In this document: positions 60,092 to 64,000 of the stretch, one piece after another
Position numbering within the stretch: position 1 is the first letter of the stretch
How the letters are laid out: the number at the start of each line of letters is the position of its first letter
Origin: Nemertoderma westbladi
Lineage: Eukaryota > Animalia > Xenacoelomorpha
DNA length: 64,000 nucleotides
Direction of reading: 5' to 3'
Assembly (NCBI GenBank): GCA_032718475.1
Contig: JAUCBJ010009099.1
Span: 16,612 to 80,611, forward strand
Position numbers and translations under genes: made by a program
Notes under the pieces: model-generated
What the model was told of the DNA's origin: nothing
The model's input: only the letters and a program-made list of their open reading frames with translations
The model's database searches: none

Positions 60092-60698
60092 CATGCCTGT
60101 ATGGAATCCATCCAAAAAGTGCGCCGGATAGCGCGCCGACCAATTTGTATGCGCGCCGCGCGCCGATGCCATTTCGAAGAAAAACCCTGCGCCAACTAAA
60201 TTTTTAAGCACGCTGATGCAATTTCGAAGAAACCCCGCACCAACTAAATTTTTAAGCGCACCACACATTGAAACAATTTTGAAGAGCGCCACGCCAAGGC
60301 AAATTCAATTTTGAGGGAGTGTAACCAATCTGTCAATGTCAGTCAGTACTGCGGTACCAGTCCCTGCTGCCCTATATCTGTATACAACAGTAGCCTAACC
60401 ACTGAACCATACAACAGAAAAAGAAAGGCGAGCGAAGCGAGCCGAAATTTTTAAACAGCTAATGCTATTTTTAAGGCACTTCCATAATTGTTAAACCTGT
60501 AAACTAACAAATCGGCGCCGGTTTTTATTTTTGGGAGCGCCAAAGCTGAAAGCCGGCGCGCTTTACGATTTTCGAGCGCGCCACGCGCCAAAGTCGGCGC
60601 GCTTTACGATTTTCGAGCGCGCCACGCGTCACATTGGCGCGCTTTTATTGCAAAGTGCGCCGGATTAATCCGGCGCAAAGTGTATGGATTCCAGTCTG
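60092..60698. mobile_element. hAT-like MITE with GCGCC subterminal repeats
   Basis: TGGAATCCAT.CA...GTGCGCCGGAT mirrors ATCCGGCGCA...ATGGATTCCA. Confidence 0.6.
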
Positions 60699-60993
60699 GC
60701 TCTCATGTTCCACCCCGGCCAACAAAGCCATTGGTGAATCTGAGGCAAGTCACTAGACTATAGCCTCAGTAAACACCCTAACACTCGGGTCCCCACGATG
60801 CGACAAGGTGAACTGACTGCCTTGGCAGATAAGCTTTCTCTTAGCGCAGTGGGCGTTCAAGAGCACCGAATGCAGACTGGACAGACTGATGAGGTTCTGA
60901 TTAAGGACATGGGGGGCGGTTGGGACTCGCCCTCGCGTCAGCAGATGATAGTGGCAATGGTGGAATTGGTCTATTGATGAATCCAACTGCACC

Positions 60994-61580
60994 AGGCTGC
61001 AAATGGAGTGCAAAAATCGCAACGCGTTGTGTGCGGTTTTGAAATAGTGCGCGGTAAAAGCGCGCGGAATTGAAATAAAAGTGCGCGGAATTGTGTGAAA
61101 AACACCAAAAGTGCGCGGTAATATGTGCAAAATATTAAAAGTCAAAGTGCGTGGATGAGCCGATGAGGTGTAAAAAAAGTTATAAAGTGTGTGCAAAACT
61201 GCAATTTAATGAGAAAAATAATTAGCCATAAAAAATTTGACTCGCTTCGCTCGCGTTTCTTTTCCATTTTGCATTTTTAAAATAAAAAAATTTCGCTCGC
61301 TTCGCTCGCGTTTTTTTTTCATTTTAGACCTACTGGCCTACATGTTACATATAAAAATTAAAAATTTCACTCGCTTCGCTCGCGTTTCGTTTTCATTTTA
61401 CATTGTTAAAATGAAAAATTTAGCTCACGTTTTTTTTCATTTTGCATTGCTTAAATTTATTTTTTTATTTCTTTACGTTAATAAATAATACTTTTTTTTA
61501 TTTATTTATTCGTATGTTTGTGTGAATTGAATTGTTTTTCAGCGTGGTGTGCGCGTTTTTTCAGTCCATGCGCTCCAGGT
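60994..61580. mobile_element. MITE-like element with GTGCGCGG and CGCTTCGCTCGC repeats
   Basis: Imperfect ends TGGAGTGCAAAAA / TTTTTTCAGTCCA; internal motif repeats. Confidence 0.45.
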
Positions 61581-62458
61581 TGGAATTCATGCATGAGCGC
61601 GCAGGTACGCTTTGTTGTTTTGAAATCACCGCGCACCTGAAATTGGCTCGTCGCGCACCTCATCATACTGTCATATGTCATAATCCAAACAAAATCGCGC
61701 AGCTCATGTCATGCATATCTCAAAAAATCGCACAGTTCATAAGAACAATTTTACATTCCTATTTTACAAGTTTGAGCGTTTTAAGCTTATCTTTACGTCT
61801 GTCTGTCTGTACGTTGAATCTAGGCTTACATAATAAATGTAATTTTTGCAACATCAAAATTGTTAATATTAAAAAATATTTTTTTAATCCACTACTATGG
61901 TGGCCCATCGGGCTCACTGCTTTTATAACAGAAAATATTATTTTAGATTACAAACAAAACATGTACCGGTAATTTCAAAAAAAACGAATATTGAAATAGG
62001 TACCAGTCTGCCAATAATACTTTGTATAGGCCTACCTAACAATTAGGCTTAAACATACAGTTGGCTTATAATTAAGTCATACTTATAATACATTGTTACT
62101 TTCTGACTTTACCTGTTTACTAAGTAACATCGGCATAGCATAGACCTAATAACAATACAACAATAGAGTACTGTAGTTAAAATAAATAGACAAATTCAGC
62201 TCCGGTTGCCGGTATTACAGTATTATGGTGAAGCGATTTGACTGTTTGAAGAATTGGAAATGAGAAACTAATGCGAGCGCAGCGAGCGAAATTTTTTTGT
62301 GTATTTTCGTGATTTCAATTAATTTGTGGTGCGCATCAGAGGCAGAGCTGCGCGCTGAGGCGCAACGCGCACCTGTCTCACCCAAACGCGCAACGCGCAT
62401 CTGGTTTGCGGTCATTCGCGCAGGTACGCGTCCGAGTTTTGCAGCATGAATTCCAAGG
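61576..62458. mobile_element. hAT-like MITE
   Basis: TTGGAATTCATGC ... GCATGAATTCCAA; CGCGCAGGTACGC near both ends. Confidence 0.65.
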
Positions 62459-62508
62459 TAATGACCTGAATCCGTACCAGTGGGGGCAATTTTTTTGTCG
62501 ATTTTCCC

Positions 62509-62679
62509 TATGCCCGTGGTGAAACACTTATGCTTTTAATTACCATTCTGGCTATTTATCTATGCCTGTGGCGGAAGACTTATACTTTTATTTACCATTC
62601 TGGCTATTTATCTATGCCTGTGGAGAAAGACTTATACTTTTAATTACCATTCTGGCTATTTATCTATGCCTGTGGAGAA
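62509..62679 (+). repeat. 52-bp tandem repeat x3.3
   Basis: TATGCC(T/C)GTGG at 62509, 62561, 62613 and 62665. Confidence 0.9.
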
Positions 62680-62687
62680 GGTTAAGG

Positions 62688-63052
62688 CCGGATTTTCTAA
62701 CCAAAACAATAAACAGTCACTTTACCAAATCAGGGAAAGGAGCAGGTTACAGAGGCGGGATTTTCTAACCAAAACAATAAACGATCATTTAACTAATTGA
62801 GGGAAAGGAGCAGGTTACAGAGACGGGATTTTCTAACCAAAACAATAAACGATAACATTACCAATTGAGAGAAAGGAGCAGGTTACAGATGCGGGATTTT
62901 CTAACCAAAACAATAAACAGTCACTTTACAAAATGAAGGAAAGGAGCAGGTTACAGAGGCGGGCCTTTCTAACCAAAACAATAAACGGTCACTTTACCAA
63001 ATCAGGCAAAGGAGCAGGTTACAGATGAGGCGGGATTTTCTAACCAAAACAA
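62688..63052 (+). repeat. 68-bp tandem repeat x5.3; dispersed monomer-like relatives at ~20045-20095 and ~58090-58135
   Basis: GATTTTCTAACCAAAACAATAAAC...GGAAAGGAGCAGGTTACAGA. Confidence 0.9.
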
Positions 63053-64000
63053 CCGGTCAGCCGGTAGGCCTACCAGTACCGTATTTAAATGGTAGGCTAC
63101 ACAGTAGGCCTACAGCAGTACCGGTGCCGGTACCGGTACTAAAATACAGAAATGCTTTACAAAATGCTTTTACAGAAATACAGAAATGATTTGTGTTGTG
63201 TGCAGTCCACCTCAGGCAGTCAGGACTGCAGGAGAAGTGCGTACTTCATGAAAAATATACATTGGGACAATATTTTTTCTCACGTGCTGCACGAAGGGAA
63301 AATCGATCTCTCATGACAAATTTTTTTAACATCATTAAGTACCTATGCTGGACTGTCTGTATATCGAATTTCAGTTATATTTAATGAAAATTGAATAAAT
63401 GTCGCTCATTTTAAAATTAGATTTTTTACAAAAAATATAAGAACTCGTGAGTTTGTGACGTGCTGCGCGAAGCGGTATTAGCAATAAATTGAAATTTTTG
63501 TTTTCCAAGTTGGTCACTATAGGTTGAACAAAGCCTGTTAAAATTTTAGGAGCGTTCTGATAAAAAATGTTGACAGGGGAGAGGAGATTATCACTGGTAC
63601 GGATTCAGGATAGAGCCAATTCCAACCTGGCATGCGCTGTATATTGTCAGATATTGCGCGGCTGAAAAATTGTGAGCTGGCGTTGTAAAAGCTTCTGTGG
63701 GATGTAACTGGCCCTTCGCCCCGCAACCCAGTTTTTCCCCCATACGCTAAAATACTCTGAAACCTACTGTAAAGGTTTTTCTGGGATATGACTGATTTGT
63801 TTTCTTTGCTAACCAGTTCCCCCCTCCAAGGCGTTGGAATCCTTTAGGAGGGATCTGAGCTGTTCGATTGGACAGCCGGCTTGGGAAGGTTGCCCCAGTT
63901 ACCCATAGCCCTGCGTTGAGTTAGTTCTGATTTCGACCAATCCCGAGCTACTGAACTGAAATTATCCTGTCTCACTGCTGATTACATGTGTTGAACGGGA

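Noticed and set aside
59470-61000. Short GC-rich ORFs as genes
   Set aside because: No recognisable domains; likely a decayed retroelement interrupted by a MITE.

Overview
AT-rich metazoan (probably invertebrate) genomic window. It opens with about 8 kb of a 29/30-bp satellite joined to about 4 kb of a 28/34-bp GC-rich minisatellite. Seven intact-looking genes follow: RPRD1/CREPT, PHF5A, RPN1, UBR5, NR2C2AP, TAF12 and an unassigned single-TM, mitochondrial-type protein. Their coding sequences are almost intron-free, and UBR5 is one 8.9-kb ORF. They sit among many TE relics: Kolobok-, Harbinger-, piggyBac-, hAT- and Helentron-like MITEs, an RTEX-like LINE, a rearranged LTR element, and Penelope fragments with hammerhead ribozymes. 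The most notable observations are: (1) gene 5' flanks are peppered with short palindromic or locally templated insertions, visible by comparing TE copies within the window; (2) the single RPN1 intron is an array of about 80 copies of its own 5' splice site; (3) a short LTR element carries gag antisense to its LTR/PBS/PPT; (4) two tightly spaced same-strand gene pairs look operon-like. All calls were made by eye with no database searches, and TE boundaries are approximate.
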